Origin: Terriglobia bacterium
GTDB lineage: Bacteria; Acidobacteriota; Terriglobia; 20CM-2-55-15
Assembly: GCA_963664115.2 (NCBI GenBank)
Contig: CAXWPJ010000007.1
Coordinates: 32,001 to 96,000 of the forward strand
Length of the DNA stretch: 64,000 nucleotides
Direction of reading: 5' to 3'
In this document: positions 39,038-49,169 of the stretch, piece after piece
Layout: each line of letters opens with the position of its first letter
Numbering within the stretch: position 1 is the first letter of the stretch
Program-made: the position numbers and the translations under genes
Notes under the pieces: model-generated
What the model was told of the DNA's origin: nothing
What the model saw: the letters and a program-made list of their open reading frames with translations, nothing else
Database searches by the model: none

Positions 39038-40218
39038 CTACGGTTGAGGGGGTCGACCCAATCCCTTGAATATCCACCGTTGAACCCGGTTGCCGGAGTC
39101 GACGGACGAAGTGTACAGATTGCCTCTTGAATCCACAGCGAGATAGTGGACCCCCTGAAATTCGCCTGGCGACGTGGCGGTGACCGACGTCCGACTCCCC
39201 GGTATCGCGCTCTTTCTTCCGAACTGATACAGAACTTTGAGGGTCTTGCGCTCTACGACGACGACGTGGTCCGTCTCGTTTTCGGCCACGTACATGAACC
39301 GCTGTTCGGGATCTCGTGAGAACGCGAGTCCTGAGGGATTGGACGGGCCACTTCCGTTGATGAACAGCTGGGTAAGGTATTCCCCGTCGACGGTGAAGAC
39401 CTGAATGCGTCTGTTGACCCGATCCGCCACATACACAAGGCCATCGTTCGATACCCTGACCGAATGCGTGGCCGCGAATTGCTGCGGTCCTTCTCTGCCG
39501 GGTACCGGAGGTTGCTGGGAGTCGCCGCTGGGCGCTGGCGAGCCGGTCGGTACGTTACCAAAGGCGCTCCACATGCGCTTGAACGCGCCCGTGTCGGCGT
39601 CAAACACGATGACGCGCAGGTTGCCCTCATCGCCGACGAATACTTCATTCGTCTTGCTATAGACGAAGATGTCGGCGGCTCCGTGCACGTTCTCCATATC
39701 TAGTGGGCCGGTACTCTGACCTTGACGACCGATCTGCATCACCAGCTCCCCCTGGGTCGTCAGCTTCAACAGCATGTCGTCTGAGAGGGGCGTGGGGGCG
39801 TCAAGGCGGCCATACGACCCTCCGATCCAGACATTATCCTCCTCGTCCACGAACAGACAATGCTCCTGATTCGGCCATTCGTACCCTTCGGCGCCGGCCT
39901 GGCCGCCCCAGGCCTGGAGAAACGCTCCGGACGCGTCGAACTGCAGTACCGGGGGGGCCACGCTATCCTTCATGCTCTCCGGCACGCCAACGCGATAACG
40001 ATTTAGGAGCCATACGTTGTCGTGTCGGTCGACTGCCACCGCAGACACGACGCCCATTACCCAATTGTTGGGTAGCTCGGGCCAGGTGGGATCCACCTCG
40101 AATATCGGAACTTGCGGCGCGACTTGCGCGGCCGCGGTCAGAGCCAGTCGTGGTGGCCGACGACGATAACCAAGGCCATTGCTCCCGCTGCAAAACTGAC
40201 CAGCATCTTTCGCCTCAT
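39038..40218 (-). CDS. Secreted NHL-repeat protein (PAL-like), frameshifted in the signal region
   Basis: VDPTWP, HSVRVSNDGLVYVADRVNRRIQVF; SD plus MRRKMLVSFAAGAMALV is out of frame with LTAAAQVAPQVPIFEVDP near 40145. Confidence 0.75.
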
Positions 40219-40259
40219 CATTGTCCTCCCTATGGTCCTCCTTGGATGAAGAAGCCCGG

Positions 40260-41208
40260 TCAAGGCGTGTTGGCCCTGAAGTATTCGACCTTCTCTCTCG
40301 CGACCTTCAACATGTCGTCCAGAAACTGATCCGTGAACGCCGGTCCTTGAACGGATGCATTCGGGCCGGCTGGAGTCGGCTCCTGGTAACCCAGGTAAAC
40401 ATCCTTCGCTGTAATCGGCCCGTTCCGGAACGGCGTGTACGGGTGCTCTGGGAGGATCCCATCCCAGGGGCCCCGCTGCTTCAGCTTTACGATGCTCTCG
40501 GCGTACAGCTCGCTCAGTTCAAGCGTATTCGCCGCCCGGATAGTCAGGCGCATGTTGACCAGCCGGTAGGTCTCCCCGTTGGCGCGCGCCGGGATCTCGA
40601 ATGCCACCGCGCCGTAGCTGTGCCCAGGCGTCGTGTGGACTTTCACCGAGGTGTCGCCCAGCGTGATCATATCGTTGTCGTTGAGCACCAGATCCCGGGT
40701 CAGCTTCATGCAAGGGAGAGAGCATTGTGCGAGGCCCTCCCCGGCCTCGATGTAATCCCAGTCGGGGCCCGACACGCCGATGCGCGCATTGGGTGCCACC
40801 TGTTTGATCCGTCCCGCACCGGCGAAATGATCTTGGTGCCCATGACTGATCAGAATGTACTTAATGTTCGCGGGATCGAATCCGAGCTTGCGAATGTTGT
40901 CCAACACAAAATCGGCCGTGTCACCGTATGCGGTGTCGATGAGCATAAGACCGTCGGACGTCGTGATCAGGAGTACAGAGTTGTTTTGAAGCCCGACGTA
41001 GTACAGGTTGTCGAACATCTTGAAAGGCTCGGCGACCAATTCCGCTCGCGGCACACCGGCCCAACCGGCTCGGAAGCCAAATTCCCACGCCCTCCAGGGC
41101 ATCTCCATCTGAATGTCCGGTGGTTCGTCCCCACCGCCCTGGGCTTGTAGGGTCAACGAGGTGTCGAACAGAACAGCGATGACTCCGATTTAGGCATGAA
41201 CGTTTCAT
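40260..41208 (-). CDS. Secreted subclass-B3-like metallo-beta-lactamase-fold hydrolase, frameshifted in the signal peptide
   Basis: SHGHQDH, TPGH, PEHP; removing one A from ctaaatc (~41190) gives MKRSCL-IGVIAVLFDTSLTLQAQ. Confidence 0.78.
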
Positions 41209-41335
41209 AGTGTCCTCCCGCGCGGTAGCGTAGTGGCTACTCTATCGAACAAATCGATCGAAACACACGTCCTTTTCAGCACAAAAACAGCGTAGCGTAT
41301 GGACCGTGCTTCAGCTTCCTGCTTGCTCTTCGTCG

Positions 41336-42352
41336 CTACCGGCGGGCGATGGTGCTGGGACCTGCATTTCCGGTGTTGCCGTCTCCAAACGTGATCCGAA
41401 TCCCTGTCGTGAACAGCAGGTCATTCGGCCGTTTTCCGACGCGGGGGTTGCTCAAGTAGCGGTCGCTCAGCGTCGCCTGCCAGCTGAGCCAATCGTTTAG
41501 TCGGGTCGTTGCCGTGGAATCAAAGGTCATACGGTACTCCCCGAGGTTGCTGAGGTTCGAATAGAACGTCAGCCGTTCGGTGAAGGACGTGTCGTCTGTA
41601 ATCCGATAGGTCCACTCCTCGCCTGCAACAGATTCTCCGGATTTCCTCCGGAGCCCGGATCCGAAATACTCCTGATTGGAAGAACCGCCTGCAAAAACCT
41701 GAAACTCGCTTCGCGGACTGTTGACCAGGTTGAGTCCGAAACCGCCTCCAAGGACGAAACGCAGATCGAGGTCCTGAAAGCGGTCGAATTCAAGATCGGA
41801 AAAGCCAAAGGTGAAGAGGCGCGACTTCAAGTCAATCTCGTAACGCCCGCCTCCCCGGATCGCATTCGCTGTCGTCACCGATTCTCCAGAGGTCGAATTG
41901 TTGGCAAAGAGCGATGTGAAGTAAAGGCTTGTCCGGTCACGTCCGGTTGTGCGGGCGGCTTGCGTTCCGACGTTCACGCTTCGGGTATCCGCATTGCCGT
42001 CGGTCAGGCTGAGCGCCGCATCGACGGTCGCAGTCCACAGACCTCCCACACCGGGACTCGTCTCGGTCTGAGACGTCGCGAGCATGGTCACATAAGGCAT
42101 CCCGGGGCGAATCGCTCCAGCGTCCGTGGTCGAAGCTCCAGTGACGCCTGCATCGGAGACGATGGTCTCGATCGCTTCGAGCGGCGCATGAACAACGCCG
42201 ATGAGATTCGATTCGAACTCGATGCCGCCCTCCGTCACTCGTATGATGGTGCCTGTGAGCCTGTCTCCGTTCGTCAATACGATTTGATCCGCCTGTGCCG
42301 AAAGGCACGAGAGGGTAAAGATAGATATCAAAAACAGCGTGTCTTTAGTCAT
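41336..42352 (-). CDS. DUF481/YdiY-like outer-membrane barrel
   Basis: Signal peptide; DQIVLTNGDRLTG; GNADT; DRFQDLDLR. Confidence 0.8.
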   Translation of the reverse strand: MTKDTLFLISIFTLSCLSAQADQIVLTNGDRLTGTIIRVTEGGIEFESNLIGVVHAPLEAIETIVSDAGVTGASTTDAGAIRPGMPYVTMLATSQTETSPGVGGLWTATVDAALSLTDGNADTRSVNVGTQAARTTGRDRTSLYFTSLFANNSTSGESVTTANAIRGGGRYEIDLKSRLFTFGFSDLEFDRFQDLDLRFVLGGGFGLNLVNSPRSEFQVFAGGSSNQEYFGSGLRRKSGESVAGEEWTYRITDDTSFTERLTFYSNLSNLGEYRMTFDSTATTRLNDWLSWQATLSDRYLSNPRVGKRPNDLLFTTGIRITFGDGNTGNAGPSTIARR

Positions 42353-42360
42353 AGCCTGTC

Positions 42361-43218
42361 TCAATTCCGCGGGGCCTCGTTTTCAAAGATGAACGCGCGT
42401 AGCTCTCCCATACGCTGCACTCCCAATCCCATGATCGCGCCTTCGTGAAGCGCAGCATCGAGCGTGAACAGGCGCTTCGGTTCGGGGGCAGCCTCGAAGA
42501 GGGCATTGCCCAGTGCGTATGGAACGACCGGATCCCCCCGGGCGTGTACAACGGCGAGTGGGGCGTTGATACGCTCGATCTTGGCAAGCGAATCGTACGA
42601 GGTTTGAATCAACCAATCAATGGGTATCCGGAAGTGGTGACGCAGGGTGGCCCCGGCGCTGGTGAACGGGGCTTCGAGGATCATGCCGCCGATGGTTTCT
42701 CTTGATGCTAGATCGACGCTCACGCCGGTGCCCAGTGACTGACCCATGAGGTAGATGTTTTCAGGGAGAAACCCTCGGGCGCGTGCCGTCTGATAGGCCG
42801 CCTGAATGTCAGAATAGGTGCCTTCCTCTGACGGGGAACCCTCACTCTGTCCATAACCCCGGTAGTCGTACAAAAAGATGTTGACGTGGAGTTCCTCCCG
42901 CAAAAACTCTCCCATGTCAGCCCGGTAGCCAATGTTGCCACCGTTTCCGTGGCTGACGATCAGGATGTTCGGGCTCTCTGTCGCAAGCCACCAGCCGTGG
43001 AGACGGACGCCGTCAACAGTCTCGAAGTAAAGGTCTTCGTAGTCGCTCTGCGGGGTGCGGACGAGTCCGGCCTCCGGAAAGTAAACGAGTCGATGTTCGA
43101 AGACCTTCACGTAGAGCACCAGGACGACGGCAGTGGCCAGCGTGATGCGGCAAACAGAGGCAAGTATGCGGCGGAAGGCAGAAGTCACGACGCGCATGGT
43201 CCCGTTAAGTCTGAGCAT
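42361..43218 (-). CDS. Alpha/beta hydrolase (BEM46/ABHD13-like)
   Basis: HGNGGN, DYRGYG, GQSLG, DPVVP. Confidence 0.9.
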   Translation of the reverse strand: MLRLNGTMRVVTSAFRRILASVCRITLATAVVLVLYVKVFEHRLVYFPEAGLVRTPQSDYEDLYFETVDGVRLHGWWLATESPNILIVSHGNGGNIGYRADMGEFLREELHVNIFLYDYRGYGQSEGSPSEEGTYSDIQAAYQTARARGFLPENIYLMGQSLGTGVSVDLASRETIGGMILEAPFTSAGATLRHHFRIPIDWLIQTSYDSLAKIERINAPLAVVHARGDPVVPYALGNALFEAAPEPKRLFTLDAALHEGAIMGLGVQRMGELRAFIFENEAPRN

Positions 43219-44280
43219 CTACCCGAAAAACGCCCGTGAGACGAACCAGTAAAAGCCCAGACACATGATCGCCACCGAGGCCAGCGACATCACGTGTTCC
43301 TTCCAACGGGTCCGGCCGACATAGAGCAAGAGTGGGAACAGTATCGCCACGAATACAAGTTGACCGATCTCCACGCCGAAATTAAAGGAAAACAAGGAAA
43401 TCGCCAGTCGGCTCCGACCCAGGCCCATATCTCTCAGGACATTCGAAAAACCAAAGCCATGGACGAAACCGAACAGAAGCGTCACCACCCAGCGATGAAC
43501 CAGTGTCCGGCCTACAAAATTTTCGATAGCGACGTAGGCAATACTCAATGCGATCAGGCTCTCAATAAGCCGTGACGGCAAGGCGACAACGCCGAGAGTG
43601 GCCAGCACCAGCGTTACGCTGTGACCCAGGGTAAAGCATGTGACGACTTTTGCGAGTGAAACAAGCGTTGTTGTCGCCAACAGCAGGGCAAGTAGAAACG
43701 CGAGGTGATCGTAGCCGGTGAAGATGTGTTCGATCCCCAGTAACACGAAGTCGCGGATCGTGACCCAGAAGGGAATTCCTGTCACGTAATCGATATCGAT
43801 ACTGGGGTAGTCGCGGTCGAGCACTGCGGTTCGGGCCGCATCCCCTTCGCCGATCTGCAGAAGATGCTTGTGATTCTCCTGGGTCAAACGATCCAATGTG
43901 GAGACCACGGTGAGGTCACGAACGTCGGCGTCAAAAGTATGCAGCACACGCAGGCGAACGACGTTTTCAGCCGTAAGGAAGTGCTCTGTCAGCGCGGTCT
44001 CCAGAGGAGGATCAGGGGCCCTGACTTGATAGTTGGCGTCGATCGCGGCAAACAGCGCGTCGATACCCACCTCCAATTCTTCAGCGTCGACGCGGCCGTC
44101 CTGGTTGAGATCCAGTCTGGGGCCTTCATGAAAATCAGTCGCACTGAAGGTCAGCATCACGCTGACTTCGGGGCCTTCGGCTGCGATCAGGGAATAGCTT
44201 GTCGAGAAATCGTGGGCACGGGCCGGCCCCGCAATGGCGAGAAGGCAGACGATGACGCCGAGGAGGGGTTTTCTCTGCAT
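43219..44280 (-). CDS. HupE/UreJ-family membrane protein
   Basis: AHD N-terminus; GIEHIFTGYDHLAFL, FTLGHS, FGFVHGFGF, FNFGVEIGQ. Confidence 0.88.
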   Translation of the reverse strand: MQRKPLLGVIVCLLAIAGPARAHDFSTSYSLIAAEGPEVSVMLTFSATDFHEGPRLDLNQDGRVDAEELEVGIDALFAAIDANYQVRAPDPPLETALTEHFLTAENVVRLRVLHTFDADVRDLTVVSTLDRLTQENHKHLLQIGEGDAARTAVLDRDYPSIDIDYVTGIPFWVTIRDFVLLGIEHIFTGYDHLAFLLALLLATTTLVSLAKVVTCFTLGHSVTLVLATLGVVALPSRLIESLIALSIAYVAIENFVGRTLVHRWVVTLLFGFVHGFGFSNVLRDMGLGRSRLAISLFSFNFGVEIGQLVFVAILFPLLLYVGRTRWKEHVMSLASVAIMCLGFYWFVSRAFFG

Positions 44281-44327
44281 TCATCGCTCCTAAGTAGGCT
44301 GTTACACTAGCCGGGAATGCACCGTGA

Positions 44328-44885
44328 TTGTACTGGCCCCGCTTCGCCGCAGTCAATCGTGGGCACCGCACCGGGAAAGGGGAAATCATTTACGTACTTG
44401 CAGTCATCCTGCTTCCACCGCTTCTGGTGTTTGGGATCTATCACCTCTTGCTGTGGTTCAACGTGATGGCCATAAACGGCCGGGTATTCTGGCGTCGTGT
44501 GGCGCTCGCCTCCGCCGTTTCCCACGTTCTGCTTGTCACTGGATTTTTCCTGTTCTCCTATATGGATTATCGACTCCACGTCAACATTGCCGGCACCCCG
44601 CAGGCCTTTGATGCTTACCTGTTCAACCAATCTCCGTTCTGGAGTTTGCTGCTGGTCTGTGACACGGCCGCTATGGTGGTTCTTCTGGGCGTTTTCGGAG
44701 CCCTCGACTGGCTGGGTATCAGCTTTGGAACTACGGTAGCGCTCACCGCGGGGATCGTTCTGCTGGCCGGGACGCTGCAGTGGTACTGGATCGGTGGCGT
44801 TATCGGAGCGGGCCTGGAGCGTCTATGGTCCGGTTTGAAAGGTCCTGAAGACGAACCCGGGAGCGATCGAACGGGCTGGCTCTAG
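44328..44885 (+). CDS. Hypothetical membrane protein
   Basis: About four hydrophobic segments; start uncertain. Confidence 0.6.
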   Translation: MYWPRFAAVNRGHRTGKGEIIYVLAVILLPPLLVFGIYHLLLWFNVMAINGRVFWRRVALASAVSHVLLVTGFFLFSYMDYRLHVNIAGTPQAFDAYLFNQSPFWSLLLVCDTAAMVVLLGVFGALDWLGISFGTTVALTAGIVLLAGTLQWYWIGGVIGAGLERLWSGLKGPEDEPGSDRTGWL

Positions 44886-44948
44886 ACGGAGGGGCGGGGC
44901 CCGATCCAGAAATTAGTCTTCTGAATCAGAAATTGACGGCGTAAGATT

Positions 44949-45085
44949 TCGCTCGGTCGTTCAATCGGACATCCTGTCCGAACGACCGGCGAGCCTCGCA
45001 ATCATCCTGATTGCGAGGTCTATTGGGGATGAAGAAATGTTGATTCAGTTCTTCGAACGAACCCGCAGCGAGGAACGCTGCGGGT
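44949..45085. repeat. Triple-hairpin intergenic element
   Basis: Two stems closed by CA-TCC-TG (44949-44992, 44994-45018) plus ACCCGCAGCG-aggaa-CGCTGCGGGT. Confidence 0.6.
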
Positions 45086-45195
45086 AAACGGCTTTCATTG
45101 TAAAGAGGCGGTAGCCGAGGCGTTCAGAATAAGAAGATGCTTGGATCTGATGCGGACGAAGCTGTTAGAAACCTGAATTCTAACCGAGCGTACTA

Positions 45196-46347
45196 GTGGT
45201 CCCCGTCAAACAGACTGTACCTTATTGAGGCTCTTGCGAGCGCGTTGGACTTTTTCAAGGATGTCGGAAGCCTTAGCGGTCCAGATAAACGGCTTGGGAT
45301 TCTGGTTATGGCCGGCGACGTAGTTTTCCACGGCCCTTATTAACTCCGGAACAGAGCAGAATACCCCACGCCGAAGCCGTTGTTCAGAAAGATCCCGGAA
45401 GAAGCGTTCAACCATGTTGAGCCAGGATGCGCTGGTTGGCGTGAAGTGCACATGAAATCGTGAGTTGCGCTTGAGCCAGTTGACGACTTTCTGGTGTTTG
45501 TGCGTCGCATAGTTGTCGCAGATGATATGGATCTGCTTGTCTTTGGGCACGGAGCGTTTGATTGTATTGAGAAACCGAATCCACTCCTGATGCCGATGCT
45601 TGGGCATGCAGGTCCCAATCACTGAACCGTCCAGGGTATTGAGCGCGGCGAACAACGTGGTCGTTCCATTGCGCTTGTAATCGTGGGTCATGGTGCCACC
45701 GCGCCCCTTCTTCAAAGGTAACCCGGGTTGCGTACGATCCAGGGCCTGCATCTGGCTCTTCTCATCGCAGGATAAGACGATGGCGTTTTCCGGCGGACTC
45801 AGATACAGACCGACCACATCCTCCAGCTTCTCGGCAAATTGTTTGTCGTTGGACAGTTTGAATGTGCGTGACAGATGTGGCTTCAGTCCATGGGCCCGCC
45901 AAATCCTTCCGACTGTCGCATCGCTGACTCCGGTCGCCGCCGCCATCAAAGACCGGCTCCAATGCGTCGCGTTGGGGGGCTTCTCTTCAATCGTCTTCTT
46001 CACGATCCGGGCCCGCTTCCGGGCGCTGATCGAGGGAATTCGTCCACTTCGGTGCGCGTCCTTTTCGATCCCTGCCAGTCCATGTCGCACAAAACGATCG
46101 CGCCATCGCCCGGCCTTCTGGCGCGTAATCTTCAGCCGGGCTGCGATATCCTGATTATTCAGCCCTTCGTCGGCCAGTAAGATAATTCGGGATCGTTCTG
46201 CCAACCGTACCGTCGTACTCCGGCTTCGACTCAGTCGTTTCAATTCCTTGCGCTGTTCGTTATCCAATTCAATCGTTGCTGCTTTTCTCATACCAACATT
46301 TGACGTTGGAAAAGCAATTACGTTACATTAATTTCGACGGGCTACAC
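45196..46347 (-). mobile_element. IS630-family insertion sequence
   Basis: CTAG (TA duplication) at both ends; imperfect IRs GTGGTCCCCGTCAAA / GTGTAGCCCGTCGAA. Confidence 0.88.
45206..46291 (-). CDS. IS630 transposase
   Basis: HTH; DEKSQ, HDYKRNGT, DNYATH, SWLNMVERFF. Confidence 0.96.
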   Translation of the reverse strand: MRKAATIELDNEQRKELKRLSRSRSTTVRLAERSRIILLADEGLNNQDIAARLKITRQKAGRWRDRFVRHGLAGIEKDAHRSGRIPSISARKRARIVKKTIEEKPPNATHWSRSLMAAATGVSDATVGRIWRAHGLKPHLSRTFKLSNDKQFAEKLEDVVGLYLSPPENAIVLSCDEKSQMQALDRTQPGLPLKKGRGGTMTHDYKRNGTTTLFAALNTLDGSVIGTCMPKHRHQEWIRFLNTIKRSVPKDKQIHIICDNYATHKHQKVVNWLKRNSRFHVHFTPTSASWLNMVERFFRDLSEQRLRRGVFCSVPELIRAVENYVAGHNQNPKPFIWTAKASDILEKVQRARKSLNKVQSV

Positions 46348-46931
46348 TAGGTGGCAGGCTGACGCTTGCTTTCAGGCAGAACGGAATCGTCGTTGAACGG
46401 ACGGATGCCGCGCCGGGAGTAGGTCGGCTCTGAAGTGTTCCGGCAGTCAAAATAGTCCCAGCGATTCGTGTGATCGGACACGAACACCTCGTCGAAAACC
46501 AGGAAGAGCATCGGCAGAATAAACGGCTTACGAACACCATGGATCTTAAAAACAGCATTGAAGCCCTCTCTCTTAAGAGCACTCCACTGCTCTCTTTCAT
46601 CGTCGCTAAACGCAGTGATGTTGTCGTTGAGCAGGTCACGGAAGAAGCGAAGCCTGTAGCCATCGTGAAGATGGTTCGTCGCGATAATCATTTTGTCGTC
46701 TTGATGAAAGAGTATGGCTTTCGTGGATCCGCGATATGAGAAGAGCTGGACCAGGGCGATGGCAATCGTCGCCAGGGCGACGAGGCCGATTACGATAAAG
46801 AGAAACTGCCCGATCTGGTTTCTTTGGGAGAAGCCGCGCGCAACGCTCACCAGGACCGTCAGAGCCAGCAGCACGCCCAGCATGTTGCCAGTCCGCATCC
46901 GGTTGATCTCTCGACGGGAAAAAAACACCAT
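46347..46931 (-). CDS. Hypothetical two-TM protein
   Basis: SD AGGAGG and extended -10 TGCTATAAT (46968-46976) upstream. Confidence 0.65.
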   Translation of the reverse strand: MVFFSRREINRMRTGNMLGVLLALTVLVSVARGFSQRNQIGQFLFIVIGLVALATIAIALVQLFSYRGSTKAILFHQDDKMIIATNHLHDGYRLRFFRDLLNDNITAFSDDEREQWSALKREGFNAVFKIHGVRKPFILPMLFLVFDEVFVSDHTNRWDYFDCRNTSEPTYSRRGIRPFNDDSVLPESKRQPAT

Positions 46932-47102
46932 AAAGTGACGCCTCCTGTTTCCGTCTTACAGGTCCCTATTATAGCAATTCAGGAGCAATCTGTTCTCGTT
47001 CTGGTGAATTACGCGCAGCTGTGAAACATGCCAGGGCACGGAACCGGGATCACCGCACGACAGGTGGGCGGACGTGTTTATCCGTGACCGAACAACAGTT
47101 AT

Positions 47103-49166
47103 TTATTCTTCCGGGTACGGTGTTCGATTGCGGTAGAGAACCCAAAGCAGAGCCAGCGCCGATACGATTCCTAGGCCATACACCGGGCCTGGGAGTTGAT
47201 CGATAGGAAGCTCATAATGGGCCAGAAGAAGCGCAAGGGCATTGTTTCCGAGATGTAAGACCATGCCGGGAAATATCGACCCCGTCAACAACGCAACGGC
47301 GGTGATGGCAATTCCCAGGACGCCTGTGGTTAAGATGCGAGAAAGACTGAAGTGGAAGAAGCCGAAGATGAGTCCCACAACGACAGCCAGGACCGGCATC
47401 GAAAACCTGCGCCGCAGTCCGTAGAGCAGGGGACCACGAAACGCGATTTCTTCGCAGACTCCGGGCAAAACGGCGAAGAGAAGAAAGATCTGCCATAGGG
47501 GCACGCCATCGAAGGAAAACTGTTCGCCCAGTTGTTCGAGGTAGCTCTGGGGCAGAGGAAAGACCGTACTTGCGAAGCGGTTCACGACAACAGCTGTCAG
47601 ATGAAGAGGGCCAATCAACAGAACCACCACAGGCCAGAGGGTGAACCGGACGCGTCTCAACGCCAATGCACGCCGTACATTCAGCTTGTAGACGCGAAGA
47701 ATCAGAACGGATCCTCCGGCCAGTATGACAATTTCGTTGAACAGCGCCTGAAACCGGAAATCGGAAAGTACCGGTACGACGGCGGCGCCCACGAACAACA
47801 CGGCCCACATCACACCATACCAGCGCCAGAGCTGCGATCGGAACGCCCCCAACCCATGCCACCCCTCCGGATGCGGCTCCTGCTTTGCTGAGACCAACCG
47901 TTCGTCCCCAAGCAGCGTGGTCGAATAGTGAAGCAGCCAAGTGGCAGCGACAGAGTTCGTCACGAAGACTGCTGCCAACAGCCACCAATCGGTGTGCCCA
48001 CTGAGAATGTCCCGAACCGCCACACTCACATTGGCCAAGGGGATGAGAGCGATTGCCGAGCGCAGAGGGATATCGCCGACCACACCTGCCGCCGCCGGAA
48101 ACATTCCGATCAGATACACCGGGAAGAAATAGAGTTGGGCCTCCTTGTAAGACTTCGCGTATGCGGAAACCAGAAGGAGGGCGCCAGCGATCAAGACAGC
48201 AAATGGAAGATACGTAAGGAGCATGGCGACCGCGTCTTCAAGGCTGAGTTGGAAACTGAACGACTCGGGTAAGGGCAGGAAATCCAGCCGCGTGTACACA
48301 AAGAGATTCGCGATCTGGAGAAGCGTGATTGCCAAAGCGGACGTCAGAATCACGAGCTGTTTTGCGACAACGATCTCTCCCCGACCTGCCCCCGTCGTGA
48401 GTAATGTTTCCAGGGTGCCCCGTTCCTTCTCGCCGGCAATTATATCCATGGCCACAACGGAACCGCCGGTCAATGTCAGGATGAACAGAAGCAGAGTCAG
48501 GAACCGTCCGATGAACAAGCCGGAAGTTTGGGCGTCTGAAGCCACATTGACATCGCTCGAGGCGAGTACGTTCGCGAGCTCGAAATCGAATCCCTGCGAC
48601 CGGAGGCCGCGCCCAAGCTCGATGCCGCGTCCGTATGCGAGGAGCGCCCCCATCTGCCGGGCGCCAGCCGCTGAGATGGCGCGATTGCCCGGTAGCTTGA
48701 TCCGGACACCCGGAACGCCGTCGAGCCGTCGCTCGAGCCAGGGAGGTGTCGGCTGCGGAGCGGTGTCTTCGGCTACATCTTGATCCCACTCCAGGTCGGC
48801 ACGTTCCGGGCTGAAGGTTTCCAGATAGAAATCGATCTCGCCTGAGCGAACGCTCGCCACCGGGTCTGAAGCGCTGGTCTCTTCGTACTGAAAACCTTGA
48901 AGTTCGGAATCGGGATCATTCTCGAGTCCATTCGCAGCTGATTCGATCAGCAAGCGTGCCGGATCGGACCAATCCCCAGTGATGGCGTAGCTGTATATAC
49001 GAGAGGATTGCTGGCCTTCCTGAAACTCGGTGCTGAAGCGGGTCGCCATGAGCATCAGCGGCATGACGAGAATTGGAAGCAGCACTGACAGAACGATCAT
49101 GCGACGGGAGCGCAGGAGCGTGCGCAGTTCCAGAGTCCAGATCAGCCGGATTATTTTCCAATCCAC
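47103..49166 (-). CDS. NatB-like ABC permease fused to CPBP intramembrane protease
   Basis: AGEKERGTLETLL; EEIAFRG, FGFFH, HLGNN. Confidence 0.88.
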   Translation of the reverse strand: MDWKIIRLIWTLELRTLLRSRRMIVLSVLLPILVMPLMLMATRFSTEFQEGQQSSRIYSYAITGDWSDPARLLIESAANGLENDPDSELQGFQYEETSASDPVASVRSGEIDFYLETFSPERADLEWDQDVAEDTAPQPTPPWLERRLDGVPGVRIKLPGNRAISAAGARQMGALLAYGRGIELGRGLRSQGFDFELANVLASSDVNVASDAQTSGLFIGRFLTLLLFILTLTGGSVVAMDIIAGEKERGTLETLLTTGAGRGEIVVAKQLVILTSALAITLLQIANLFVYTRLDFLPLPESFSFQLSLEDAVAMLLTYLPFAVLIAGALLLVSAYAKSYKEAQLYFFPVYLIGMFPAAAGVVGDIPLRSAIALIPLANVSVAVRDILSGHTDWWLLAAVFVTNSVAATWLLHYSTTLLGDERLVSAKQEPHPEGWHGLGAFRSQLWRWYGVMWAVLFVGAAVVPVLSDFRFQALFNEIVILAGGSVLILRVYKLNVRRALALRRVRFTLWPVVVLLIGPLHLTAVVVNRFASTVFPLPQSYLEQLGEQFSFDGVPLWQIFLLFAVLPGVCEEIAFRGPLLYGLRRRFSMPVLAVVVGLIFGFFHFSLSRILTTGVLGIAITAVALLTGSIFPGMVLHLGNNALALLLAHYELPIDQLPGPVYGLGIVSALALLWVLYRNRTPYPEE

Positions 49167-49169
49167 GCT

